This document shows, piece by piece, positions 26,696 to 35,587 of a stretch of DNA of 64,000 nt. The notes below the pieces were generated by a model. That model had not been told where the DNA came from. It saw only the letters and a list, made by a program, of their open reading frames with translations, and ran no database searches. Numbering within the stretch: position 1 is the first letter of the stretch; each line of letters starts with the position of its first letter. Position numbers and translations under genes: made by a program. Origin of the DNA: Parcubacteria group bacterium. GTDB taxonomy: Bacteria > Patescibacteriota > Minisyncoccia > JACPHC01. The stretch is taken from contig JACPHC010000001.1 of NCBI GenBank assembly GCA_016188775.1, positions 45,519 to 109,518 of the forward strand, in the 5' to 3' direction.

Positions 26696-26722
26696 TTGGC
26701 ACTCTCTTGTCAAGAGTGCTAA
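26696..26722 (-). promoter_or_regulatory. CIRCE operator (HrcA binding site)
   Basis: TTGGCACTC-TCTTGTCAA-GAGTGCTAA fits the consensus TTAGCACTC-N9-GAGTGCTAA with one mismatch. It is 17 nt upstream of the hrcA start. Confidence 0.9.
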
Positions 26723-26773
26723 TTGAATTAAAAAGAAAAACCCGCTTTAATAAAACTAAAGTCGGGTATAAAT

Positions 26774-27376
26774 TTACTCTTTTTCTCTAAAATTATCAAA
26801 AAGTTCTTTTAAGGTCGGCCATAATTGCGTTAAATTTTCTCTGCGGCGTTCTCGAATATTTTTTGTCAGCAATTTAATGGCTGATTTCGCGGCTTCAATA
26901 TCTTCTTTTTCGCTTTCGTCCGGATAAATCCAAAAATAAAAATAATTATAAACCTTGTAAAGCAATACTGCCAAAAAGGCAAAAATCGAATTAGTTAAAA
27001 GGTCAATCGTAGTATCGGCTGAATCTTTTTGAGCTATGGCCAGCCAGTTAAAATAACTGGGACGAAGATGAAGATCCCACCAAAGTTCAGCGCCTTCCCA
27101 AAACATTCCTAATAGAGTGATGATGGCTATGACAATCACGCCAAAAATTTTCTGACCGGCAAAAGTGAAAATTCCCGCGGCCGCGTAATTTCTGATAAGA
27201 TAAATTAAAGTTAATCCGCCGACGAAGCCAAAAATAGCGTGATTTATCTCGTCAAACCACCAAATTCGCGAAAATAATTCAGCCTCCCCCCAATATAAAA
27301 CGCTTCTCGCGAAAAAAACCAGCCAAAAAATAAAAATCAGCATCAGCCATAAACGTCGATTATTTTCTTGGGTCAT
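26774..27376 (-). CDS. hypothetical 4-TM membrane protein
   Basis: 200 aa with Trp/Phe-rich hydrophobic helices. No motif recognised. Confidence 0.5.
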   Translation of the reverse strand: MTQENNRRLWLMLIFIFWLVFFARSVLYWGEAELFSRIWWFDEINHAIFGFVGGLTLIYLIRNYAAAGIFTFAGQKIFGVIVIAIITLLGMFWEGAELWWDLHLRPSYFNWLAIAQKDSADTTIDLLTNSIFAFLAVLLYKVYNYFYFWIYPDESEKEDIEAAKSAIKLLTKNIRERRRENLTQLWPTLKELFDNFREKE

Positions 27377-27643
27377 TTTTAACTCCTTTTCCCGCCTAAA
27401 TTTATCTTTACCCGCTAAAATTTTTTAAAATTTACGGCGGGTGAAAAATTTTGGCGAATGAATATTATTTATTAATTTCCAAAGTTCTAATTTATTTTAC
27501 TCCAGTCAATAAAAAAAACAAGTAAAATTGCAAAATTTATAAATTTGTTTTATAATAAAGAGTATTAAACTCTGTAATATAAGTAGAAGCTTGTTCTTTA
27601 AAAAAAGAATTTGTTTTGACTAAACGGAAGGAGGATATCCGTT

Positions 27644-28723
27644 ATGAAAATAGAAGATTTCGGAAAGATCGGCCTTGTTCTCGGCGGCGGCGGATTCAAG
27701 GGCGCTTGGATGGCCGGAATTCTAAAACTTTTTTTAGATAAAAGATTTATTCCGTCTTATGCCGTTGGCGGTTCGGTCGGCGCTCTGGTCGGGGTGAAAT
27801 TTGTCGAATTAATTTCTCGAATCGCTCAAGGAGAGCCAAATACAATTTCTTTGGAAATGATAGATATTTGGTTTAAATTGATTAAAAAACCGTCCGACAT
27901 CTATGAATTGGATAAAGAAGAAATTTTTAAAAAAACATTAAACCGAATATTCGGACATAAGAAAAAATACATTCTAAAACACTTTCCTTCTTTATTGGTC
28001 GTTGAATTTATAAAAGCCGCTTCTCTTTACACAAATAAAAAAATTGTGCATTTAATTAACAATTTGGATATGGAAAAGATTCGTTCCTCTCCTGTTGAGT
28101 TTGATATTGTCGCTTGCGACTTTTTAAGCCGAGGACCGAAAACTTATTCTAATCGGTCTTGCGACGCTCAAATTTTAAAACAAGCCCTGCTGGCTTCAAC
28201 GGCCTTACCGGTTATTTTTCCCACTGTTGAAATTTTCGGTTCCAAAAATAACGACGGCGCCAGAATTATGCCCCTGCCTCTTGTTTACGCCGATAGAACA
28301 AAATGCGATACGATTGTAGCCATACACGCCTATCCCAAATCGCGTCAATGCCCGGACAATCAGGATGGCTGGCTAGCTGATTTAAATACGGCGGATGACA
28401 TTCTTTCCAGCATGCTTATTGAAAGTCAAATTCGCCGGACCGAAAAAATCAACAATGACCTGGCTGTTTTTGAACGCGTAAAAACGCAAATACTTGAATT
28501 AATACCGGAATTATTGAGAATAGAAGCGGAAAAAATCTTTGAAGAAGCAAATTTCAGTTTTAGAAGAAAGCATTTCAATAAATCTTATATTCTTCAGCCG
28601 GAAAATTCACTTCCGGTCACCACGGCTTTTTGCTCGGAAGAAGGCATTAAAAAATCAATCGCTTTGGGCTATGACACGGATGCTCCCAGATTCTTGCGAG
28701 AAATAATTAATTTTGAGATTTAA
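27644..28723 (+). CDS. patatin-like phospholipase
   Basis: GGGGFKG oxyanion motif, GGSVG (GxSxG nucleophile) and DGA (catalytic Asp) in the correct order. RBS GGAGG precedes the ATG. Confidence 0.8.
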   Translation: MKIEDFGKIGLVLGGGGFKGAWMAGILKLFLDKRFIPSYAVGGSVGALVGVKFVELISRIAQGEPNTISLEMIDIWFKLIKKPSDIYELDKEEIFKKTLNRIFGHKKKYILKHFPSLLVVEFIKAASLYTNKKIVHLINNLDMEKIRSSPVEFDIVACDFLSRGPKTYSNRSCDAQILKQALLASTALPVIFPTVEIFGSKNNDGARIMPLPLVYADRTKCDTIVAIHAYPKSRQCPDNQDGWLADLNTADDILSSMLIESQIRRTEKINNDLAVFERVKTQILELIPELLRIEAEKIFEEANFSFRRKHFNKSYILQPENSLPVTTAFCSEEGIKKSIALGYDTDAPRFLREIINFEI

Positions 28724-28729
28724 GTTTAT

Positions 28730-28756
28730 ATCCCCTCTTTGAGGGGATTTTTTCTT
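28730..28756 (+). terminator. rho-independent terminator after the patatin gene
   Basis: ATCCCCTC-TTT-GAGGGGAT stem-loop followed by TTTTTTC. Confidence 0.7.
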
Positions 28757-28785
28757 TAATCCGCCTTATGCTATAATGAATTTTA

Positions 28786-29697
28786 ATGAAAATTATTCAA
28801 GAAGGAAAAATCACCTGGATAGATATTGAAAATCCAAAACCGGAGGATATTAATTATCTCCGAAGCAATTTTTCTTTCCATCAAATCGTTCTGGACGAAT
28901 TGATTCCGTCTTCGGCCAGATCAAAAATCGAACATTATGACAGTTATATGTTCGCGGTTATTCACTTGCCGATCTTTAGCGAAAAAAAACAAGCGATTCG
29001 GGCCGTTGAGCTTGACGTGCTTTTAACCAAAACTCATGTCATCACGGTTCATCAAGAAACGATTCATCCCCTTAATGATTTTATAAGCCATTGCGAAGGA
29101 TCAACGCGCGAAAAAATCCGCTGTTTCGGCGGCACCGGTATTTTATTTTACTGGATGCTTGAAGCGATGTTTAAATATTATTTAAAAGAACTTCACATTA
29201 TTGCCGGAAAAATAGACGGCCTGGAAAATAAAATTTTCGCTTCAGTGGCGAAATCCATGCTGGAAGAGATTTCTTTTGCCAAACGGGAAATTTTGGATTT
29301 TCGGCGCGTTATCAAACCCCAACATTCAATTTTAATTTCGTTGGTCGGCAAAGGGTCAAGATTTTTCGGTGAAGAACTGCGGATTTATTTTGACGATTTA
29401 GTCGGCGATTTCACTCGCGTCTGGGATATTTTGGAAAACTACAAAGAAACCATTGACGCGCTGGAAGAAAGCCATTCGTCCCTACTTTCTTTTCAATTAA
29501 ACAAAACTATGCAAGTTCTGACAATTTTTACCGCCCTATTTATACCCATTTCAGTCATCGCCGGAATTTTTTCAATGAGCATGGTCAGCAGCATCCCTTT
29601 TTTCAACAGCCCGAAGGTTTTTCTCAGCGTTATCGTCGTAATGATTGCTTCATCTATCGGACTTTTCGCGATTTTCAAAAAAAGAGGCTGGATATAA
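28786..29697 (+). CDS. CorA-family divalent cation transporter with non-canonical pore motif
   Basis: 303 aa. Cytoplasmic funnel domain plus two C-terminal TMs. The position of the GMN motif reads AGIFSMSMVS instead of the canonical GMN. Confidence 0.7.
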   Translation: MKIIQEGKITWIDIENPKPEDINYLRSNFSFHQIVLDELIPSSARSKIEHYDSYMFAVIHLPIFSEKKQAIRAVELDVLLTKTHVITVHQETIHPLNDFISHCEGSTREKIRCFGGTGILFYWMLEAMFKYYLKELHIIAGKIDGLENKIFASVAKSMLEEISFAKREILDFRRVIKPQHSILISLVGKGSRFFGEELRIYFDDLVGDFTRVWDILENYKETIDALEESHSSLLSFQLNKTMQVLTIFTALFIPISVIAGIFSMSMVSSIPFFNSPKVFLSVIVVMIASSIGLFAIFKKRGWI

Positions 29698-29703
29698 TCA
29701 TCA

Positions 29704-31125
29704 ATGCTTAAAATTTACAACACTTTAACGCGAAAAAAGGAAATTTTCCGATTTTCAAAAAATAAAACCATAAAAATGTACGTTTGCGGGCCGACGGTTT
29801 ATGATTTTTCGCACATCGGCCACGGCCGCACCTATATCGCTTTTGACGTAATCGCCCGTTATTTGAGATATTCGGGATATAAAGTTTTTTATCTTCAAAA
29901 CATTACGGATATTGACGATAAAATCATCAATCGCGCCAATGAAGAAAAAATTGATCCTAAAATTTTAGCCAAGCGATTTGAAAAAGAATATTTAAAAGAC
30001 ACGAAAACGCTTGGCATTAAGAGCGTTAATAAATACTCGGGAGCCACGCAAAATATCAGAGAAATTATTTCCCAGATTCAAAGATTGATTAAAAAAAACT
30101 ACGCTTATGAAAAAAATGGCAATGTTTATTTTGACATTACAAAATTCAAAGATTACGGCCAATTATCCCATCAAAGTTTAAACCAACTAAAAAAGGCCGT
30201 CAGAATCGAACCGGACGCGTCCAAAGCTCATTCTTTTGATTTTTTGCTTTGGAAGGCAAAAAAGAGCGGGGAACCGTTTTGGCCTTCTCCTTGGGGCCCG
30301 GGACGGCCCGGCTGGCACATTGAAGACACGGCCATTGCCGAGCGTTATTTAGGTCTGCAATACGATATTCATTGCGGAGCGCTGGATTTGATTTTTCCCC
30401 ATCATGAGTCCGAAATCGCCCAAGCCGAGGCTATTTCCGGCAAAAAGCCGTTTGTCCGTTTTTGGCTTCATACCGGCTTTTTACTTGTTAACGGAGAAAA
30501 AATGTCCAAATCATCGGGTAATTTTATCACCATTCGCGAGATTTTAAAAAATTATTCGCCTCAAGCTTTCCGTTTTCTGATTTTATCCCATCACTACCGC
30601 TCCCCCATTGACTACCAAGAATCTTTAATGAAACAAGCGGAATCTTCTTTGGAAAGAGTGAGTGAATTTTTGGAAAAAATTAAAAAAACAAAAAACAAAA
30701 AACAAAAAACACGGGCGCGAATCGAGGCTTTGTTGATTAAAACAAGAAAAAAATTTTTTCAGGCGATGGATGACGATTTTAACGCGCCCCGAGCCATAGC
30801 CGAGATTTTTAATTTAATAAAAACCATAAATCCGATGGCGGGTAATTTAGAAAAAAAAGAAGCAAAAATTATCCTTGATTTTTTTAAAGAGACTGATAGT
30901 GTTTTAGGGGTAATGCCTTTAAGAAAAACTGGTCAAATCCCCGATATGGTTTTAAAATTGGCAAAAGAGAGAGAAAAGCTGCGGAAAGAGGGAAAATTTG
31001 AAAAGGCGGATAAAATAAGACAAAAAATTTTTGAACAGGGGTACGAAATTGAAGATACGCCGAAAGGCCCTCAAATTAAATTTAAAAAAATCTATGGACG
31101 AACGCGTTCCCCCACAAGACATTGA
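29704..31125 (+). CDS. cysS: cysteine--tRNA ligase
   Basis: Class I motifs HIGH (SHIGHGRTY) and KMSKS (KMSKSSGN). The Zn-binding Cys in CGPTVYD is present. Confidence 0.95.
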   Translation: MLKIYNTLTRKKEIFRFSKNKTIKMYVCGPTVYDFSHIGHGRTYIAFDVIARYLRYSGYKVFYLQNITDIDDKIINRANEEKIDPKILAKRFEKEYLKDTKTLGIKSVNKYSGATQNIREIISQIQRLIKKNYAYEKNGNVYFDITKFKDYGQLSHQSLNQLKKAVRIEPDASKAHSFDFLLWKAKKSGEPFWPSPWGPGRPGWHIEDTAIAERYLGLQYDIHCGALDLIFPHHESEIAQAEAISGKKPFVRFWLHTGFLLVNGEKMSKSSGNFITIREILKNYSPQAFRFLILSHHYRSPIDYQESLMKQAESSLERVSEFLEKIKKTKNKKQKTRARIEALLIKTRKKFFQAMDDDFNAPRAIAEIFNLIKTINPMAGNLEKKEAKIILDFFKETDSVLGVMPLRKTGQIPDMVLKLAKEREKLRKEGKFEKADKIRQKIFEQGYEIEDTPKGPQIKFKKIYGRTRSPTRH

Positions 31126-32440
31126 GGCCGAACAATCGGTTCTCGGCTCGCTGATAATGGATAAAAAAGCAATCGCTAAAATTGCCGATTTTTTGATAGG
31201 CGGCGATTTTTACAAAAAAAATCACGCTTTAATTTTCGAGGCGATAACGGAACTTTTCAGCAAAGACGAGCCGATCGATCTTCTTTCTTTATCCAGCCGG
31301 CTCAAGGAAAAAAATCAGCTTGAAGAAATCGGAGGCCGGGCTTATTTAACTTCTTTAGTTAACATCGTTCCAACCGCCTCGCACGTGGTTCATTACGCTA
31401 AAATTGTTTCCCGAAAACGCGTTCTTCGCGATTTAATCAGCGCGTCGCAGGAAATTTCTCAATTGGGTTTTGATGAAAATACCGAGGTTGATTCCCTGCT
31501 TGATCACGCCGAGGAAAAAATTTTTAAAGTTTCCCAAAGATCTCTTTCGCAAGAATTTTTGCCGGTCTCCAGCGCTTTGGCCGAAGCTTTTTCCAGAATC
31601 GACAATCTTTCTAAAGGCGACGGAATTTTGCGCGGCATTCCCACGGGCTTTGACGAATTGGATAATATTTTAGCCGGACTTCAGGCTTCGGATTTAGTCG
31701 TTCTGGCGGCTCGACCATCTCTGGGAAAAACCGCTTTAGCTTTAAGCATCGCTCGGCACGCGGCTTGCCAAAAAAAAATACCGGTTGGCATTTTTTCCCT
31801 GGAAATGTCCAGAGAGCAAGTCGTGGATCGGCTACTGGCGGCTGAAGCCGGCATTGATCTCTGGCGACTTCGCACCGGCCGGCTGCATAGCGAAGGAGAG
31901 GATAATGATTTTGATCGTTTAAGAAACGCGATGCAAACTTTGCATGAGGCGCCGATTTTCATTGACGATACCGCCGTCCTGACCGTGATGCAGATGAAAA
32001 CAATGGCCAGGCGGCTTCAGTCAAAACACGGACTAGGATTTTTGGTGATTGATTATCTGCAATTGATGCAGCCAAGGATAGCCACGGACAATATTGTCCA
32101 AAATATCACTGAAATTTCAAGGTCGCTCAAGGCTTTGGCCAGGGAATTAAAAATTCCCGTGCTGGCCATTTCCCAGCTTTCCCGGGCCGTTGAGCAACGC
32201 CACCCTCCGATTCCGAGGCTTTCCGATCTTCGGGAATCCGGCTCCATAGAACAAGACGCCGATGTCGTAATGTTTATTTATCGCGAAGACCGATATAAAG
32301 AAAACACCAATAGAAAGAATATCGCCGAGATCCGAATCGAAAAACACCGCAACGGACCGGTTGGCAAAGTCGAACTTTATTTTAATGAAACTTTGGCCAC
32401 CTTCGCTAATCTGGAAAAAAGATTTTCCGATGTATCTTAA
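31094..32440 (+). CDS. dnaB: replicative DNA helicase DnaB
   Basis: N-terminus PPQDIEAEQSVLGSLIMD. Walker A AARPSLGKTALAL. RecA-like C-domain with IAEIRIEKHRNGPVG. I chose the start at M22 of the ORF-track frame; it overlaps the cysS 3' end. Confidence 0.92.
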   Translation: MDERVPPQDIEAEQSVLGSLIMDKKAIAKIADFLIGGDFYKKNHALIFEAITELFSKDEPIDLLSLSSRLKEKNQLEEIGGRAYLTSLVNIVPTASHVVHYAKIVSRKRVLRDLISASQEISQLGFDENTEVDSLLDHAEEKIFKVSQRSLSQEFLPVSSALAEAFSRIDNLSKGDGILRGIPTGFDELDNILAGLQASDLVVLAARPSLGKTALALSIARHAACQKKIPVGIFSLEMSREQVVDRLLAAEAGIDLWRLRTGRLHSEGEDNDFDRLRNAMQTLHEAPIFIDDTAVLTVMQMKTMARRLQSKHGLGFLVIDYLQLMQPRIATDNIVQNITEISRSLKALARELKIPVLAISQLSRAVEQRHPPIPRLSDLRESGSIEQDADVVMFIYREDRYKENTNRKNIAEIRIEKHRNGPVGKVELYFNETLATFANLEKRFSDVS

Positions 32441-32659
32441 TTTTGTAAGAATTCCGAGCGTTGTTTGCGCTTTTAATCCAACAGAAAAGATGTTTTCGAA
32501 AAACGCGGTCTCGCTCGCCCAGCCGCTCGCTCGCCGCTTCGGCTCTCAGCCTCGCTCTTTCTCGCTTCGCGAGAAAACCATGCTCGCTCGGCCTCCGAGA
32601 TATTTTCTTCAACATCTTTTCTGCTGGATATATTTTAATAATCAGTGATCGACTAAACA
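32441..32659. ncRNA. candidate structured non-coding RNA (identity unknown) in the dnaB-recR intergenic region
   Basis: A GC-rich island in an AT-rich genome. A 13-bp long-range helix CAGAAAAGATGTT(32480-92)/AACATCTTTTCTG(32609-21) encloses ~116 nt containing the hairpins GCCG-CUU-CGGC, CUCG-CUUCG-CGAG and CUCGG-CCU-CCGAG. Only short mutually overlapping ORFs in three frames cover it. Confidence 0.45.
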
Positions 32660-33274
32660 ATGTATCCTAAATCAATTCAAAATTTAATAGAGGAATTTTC
32701 AAAATTTCCGGGAATTGGGCCGAGGCAAGCGGCCCGTTTCGTGTTTCATCTTTTAAAAAACGATTCTTCAAATACCGATAATTTAATTCAGTCCCTTAAA
32801 AATCTCCATCAAAATGTTATCACCTGCCAGTTGTGTTTTCGCGCCGCCGAAGCCGATCAAAAAAATAAACATATTTGCTCCATTTGTTCCTCGGAAAGTC
32901 GGGATCCGCGCTTTATCGCCGTGGTGGAAAAAGACGCCGATCTCGTCTCCCTTGAAAAAGCGAAAAATTATTCCGGCCTTTATCATGTTTTAGGCGGAAC
33001 GGTTTCCATGTTGGAACCCGAAGCTCCTCAAAAATTTCATTTGAAAGAACTTTTTTTGAGAATTAAAAATTCGCCAAGCAATCGGGCGATTAAAGAAATT
33101 ATTTTAGCTTTATCGCCAACGCCGCAGGGAGAATTATCCGCCCAATACATTGAACGGGTTTTAAGGCCCTTGAACGTTAAAATCAGCCGTTTGGGCCGAG
33201 GCCTGCCAACCGGCGCGGATCTCGAATACGCGGATGAAGCCACCTTAAAAAGCGCTTGGGAGGGAAGAAAATAA
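32660..33274 (+). CDS. recR: recombination protein RecR
   Basis: HhH N-terminus FSKFPGIGPRQAARF. C4 zinc finger CQLC...CSIC. Toprim domain. Confidence 0.92.
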   Translation: MYPKSIQNLIEEFSKFPGIGPRQAARFVFHLLKNDSSNTDNLIQSLKNLHQNVITCQLCFRAAEADQKNKHICSICSSESRDPRFIAVVEKDADLVSLEKAKNYSGLYHVLGGTVSMLEPEAPQKFHLKELFLRIKNSPSNRAIKEIILALSPTPQGELSAQYIERVLRPLNVKISRLGRGLPTGADLEYADEATLKSAWEGRK

Positions 33275-33330
33275 TTTTTAGAATTTTTTAAAGTCTTTGA
33301 ATTAAAAATTTTGTATTTCAAGTTTATATT

Positions 33331-33378
33331 CATAATTTACATATTTTCAAACGATCGTTTGAAAATATGTAAATTATG
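33331..33378. promoter_or_regulatory. 48-bp perfect palindrome, copy 1, likely operator
   Basis: CATAATTTACATATTTTCAAACGA|TCGTTTGAAAATATGTAAATTATG is an exact reverse-complement about the centre at 33354/33355. It lies 61 bp upstream of the regulator gene start. Confidence 0.8.
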
Positions 33379-33438
33379 TAAATTATGAATTATTATGAAT
33401 TAAATTGAAAAATTTAAATATGGATTTTCAATTAGAAC

Positions 33439-34017
33439 ATGAATTATTTAATTAGGACCAAAAGTCAATTACATGTTGGGCCGTTTGGTAAAAAAATTTT
33501 ACTTCTTTTAGGAAGCGGGCTGACGCTATCTTTAACTTCCAGACCCGACATCTATTTTAAAATTATTAAAGAAACGGCGAAAGAATGGAAAAAAATTAAT
33601 CAGCGGAATTTAAAAGAAGCCATAAAAAGACTTTATCAATCAAAACTTCTTGATTACAAAAACAACAAAGATGGAACCGTTAAACTTATTTTAAACGATA
33701 ATGGCAAAAAAAGAGTTTTAGAATATAATCTCGACCAATTAAAAATTAAAAAACCCTTAAAATGGGATAATCTTTGGCGATTAGTAATTTTTGATATACC
33801 AGAATCTAAAAAACGAGGCAGAAACGCTCTTGCTTTAAAATTAAAAGAATTAGGTTTTTATCCTTTGCAAAAAAGCGTTTTTATTTATCCTTATGAATGT
33901 AGGGATGAAATCAATTTTATTGTTGAAATTTTTGACCTCGCGCCTTACGTAAGATTTTTAAGAGTTAAAAATATTGATATTGAATTAGATTTAAAAAGAT
34001 ATTTTGGTTTGATTTAA
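33439..34017 (+). CDS. putative transcriptional regulator, PaaX-like/Cas2-like fold (wHTH N-terminus plus VapD/Cas2-like C-domain)
   Basis: 192 aa. The C-terminal segment WRLVIFDIPESKKRGRNALALKLKELGFYPLQKSVFIYP resembles the Cas2/PaaX-middle-domain pattern. It is flanked on both sides by the same long palindrome. Confidence 0.5.
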   Translation: MNYLIRTKSQLHVGPFGKKILLLLGSGLTLSLTSRPDIYFKIIKETAKEWKKINQRNLKEAIKRLYQSKLLDYKNNKDGTVKLILNDNGKKRVLEYNLDQLKIKKPLKWDNLWRLVIFDIPESKKRGRNALALKLKELGFYPLQKSVFIYPYECRDEINFIVEIFDLAPYVRFLRVKNIDIELDLKRYFGLI

Positions 34018-34106
34018 TATATTATTTTCAATAAATTAGTTTTAACATTTTTAATAATCATTTTTAATAATTATCTTTAATAATCATCAGAAAAATCTTA
34101 AAATTA

Positions 34107-34150
34107 ATTTTTACATATTTTCAAACGATCGTTTGAAAATATGTAAAAAT
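34107..34150. promoter_or_regulatory. 44-bp perfect palindrome, copy 2, likely operator
   Basis: AATTTTTACATATTTTCAAACGATCGTTTGAAAATATGTAAAAATT shares a 40-bp core with copy 1. It lies 75 bp upstream of the GH1 gene start. Confidence 0.8.
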
Positions 34151-34224
34151 AATTTGCATAATTTACCATTTTTTTTATTAATTGATATAATATAAAAAAA
34201 ATATAAAATTATAAATAAATTGAA

Positions 34225-35481
34225 ATGCCAAAACTAATTTTTCCTGAAAATTTTTATTGGGGAGCCGCGACTTCAGCTCATCAGGTTGAGGGCGGAAATA
34301 AAAACGATTGGACCGAATGGGAATTCAAAAACGCCCAACGTCTGGCCAAATCCGCCCATAAAAAAAATTGGCCGGATTATATTGCCAATCCTACAAACGG
34401 CGAATTTAATCCTCTTCAAAAAGAAAATTACGTTTCCGGCTGGGCGGTTGATCACTATAACAGATTTGAAGAAGATTTTGAGATCGCCAAAAATTTAGGC
34501 CATAACGCTCATCGTTTTTCCATTGAATGGAGCCGAATTGAGCCGGAACAAGGAAAATTTAATGAAAAGGAAATTGAACATTACCGAAAAGTCATTGAAG
34601 CTCTAAAAAATCGCGGGCTTGAGCCGTTTGTCACATTGTGGCACTGGACTAATCCTTTATGGCTTTCTGAAATCGGCGGCCCAAAAAATAAAAAATTCGC
34701 TTTTTACTTTGCCCGATACGCCCAAGTGATAGTTAAAAATTTTGGCGATTTAGTTGGTTTTTGGCTAACGATTAATGAGCCGACTTCCGTTATTGCCAAT
34801 AGTTATTTTCGGGGCGTTTGGCCGCCCCAAGAAAAAAGTTTTTTATCGGTCTGGTCCGTTTATAAAAATCTGGCCGAAGCTCATAACCGAACTTACGAGA
34901 CAATTCATAAAATAAATAAAGAAGCGAAAGTCGGGTTTGCCAATATTTTGCATTTTAACGAACCTTATAATGCAAAATCTTTTTTAGATCTGATTTTTTC
35001 GAAAATTTTCCATTATTTCAGCAATCAAAAATTTTATAATTTAACTGGAGGCAAAAATGATTTTTTAGCCGTTAATTATTATTTTCACAACAAAATCAAA
35101 TTTCCTTTTTATATTAAAAATGAAAATAAAATTGTATCGGATTTGGGCTGGGAAATTTATCCGGAAGGAATTTATCATATTTTAAAAAATTTAGCTCAAT
35201 ATAAACTTCCCATTTACGTTACGGAAAATGGCGTAGCGGACAGCCAAGATTTTTTACGGGAAAATTTTATTAAAGAACATCTGCGATATGTTCACAAAGC
35301 CATCAGTGAAGGAGTTGACGTTCGAGGTTATTTTTATTGGTCGCTTTTGGATAATTTTGAATGGGATAAAGGATTTTGGCCGAGATTCGGCTTGGTGGAA
35401 ATAAATTATAAAACAATGGAAAGAAAAATTCGCCAAAGCGCGGAATTTTACGCTCAGGTCGCGAAAAATAATTATTTGTAA
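34225..35481 (+). CDS. glycoside hydrolase family 1 beta-glucosidase
   Basis: N-terminal FYWGAATSAHQVEGG. TLWHW. Acid/base TINEP. Nucleophile YVTENG. Confidence 0.9.
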   Translation: MPKLIFPENFYWGAATSAHQVEGGNKNDWTEWEFKNAQRLAKSAHKKNWPDYIANPTNGEFNPLQKENYVSGWAVDHYNRFEEDFEIAKNLGHNAHRFSIEWSRIEPEQGKFNEKEIEHYRKVIEALKNRGLEPFVTLWHWTNPLWLSEIGGPKNKKFAFYFARYAQVIVKNFGDLVGFWLTINEPTSVIANSYFRGVWPPQEKSFLSVWSVYKNLAEAHNRTYETIHKINKEAKVGFANILHFNEPYNAKSFLDLIFSKIFHYFSNQKFYNLTGGKNDFLAVNYYFHNKIKFPFYIKNENKIVSDLGWEIYPEGIYHILKNLAQYKLPIYVTENGVADSQDFLRENFIKEHLRYVHKAISEGVDVRGYFYWSLLDNFEWDKGFWPRFGLVEINYKTMERKIRQSAEFYAQVAKNNYL

Positions 35482-35587
35482 ATTATTTAAATATTTAAAT
35501 AAACAAGAAGCTAATCTATATTTTGACGGAATCCTTATGCGAAGCAGTGAGGTGGCAAAATATAGATTAGCTTCTTGTAAAAAATAA

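Noticed and set aside
32500-32600. Possible CRISPR-like array suggested by recurring GCTCGCTCG units
   Set aside because: The units are under 12 bp, irregularly spaced, and lack the 25-40-bp repeat/spacer periodicity. No cas genes are nearby.
32441-32659. Assigning the structured element specifically as SRP (4.5S) RNA
   Set aside because: The genomic context near recR is suggestive, but I could not identify the conserved domain-IV GNRA/AGCAG motifs on either strand. It is left as an unassigned ncRNA candidate.
32361-32670. Three overlapping small ORFs (95, 84 and 69 aa) in the dnaB-recR spacer
   Set aside because: They overlap one another in different frames and strands, are GC-rich low-complexity (Ser/Leu/Arg/Ala), and have no RBS. 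The region is better explained as structured RNA.
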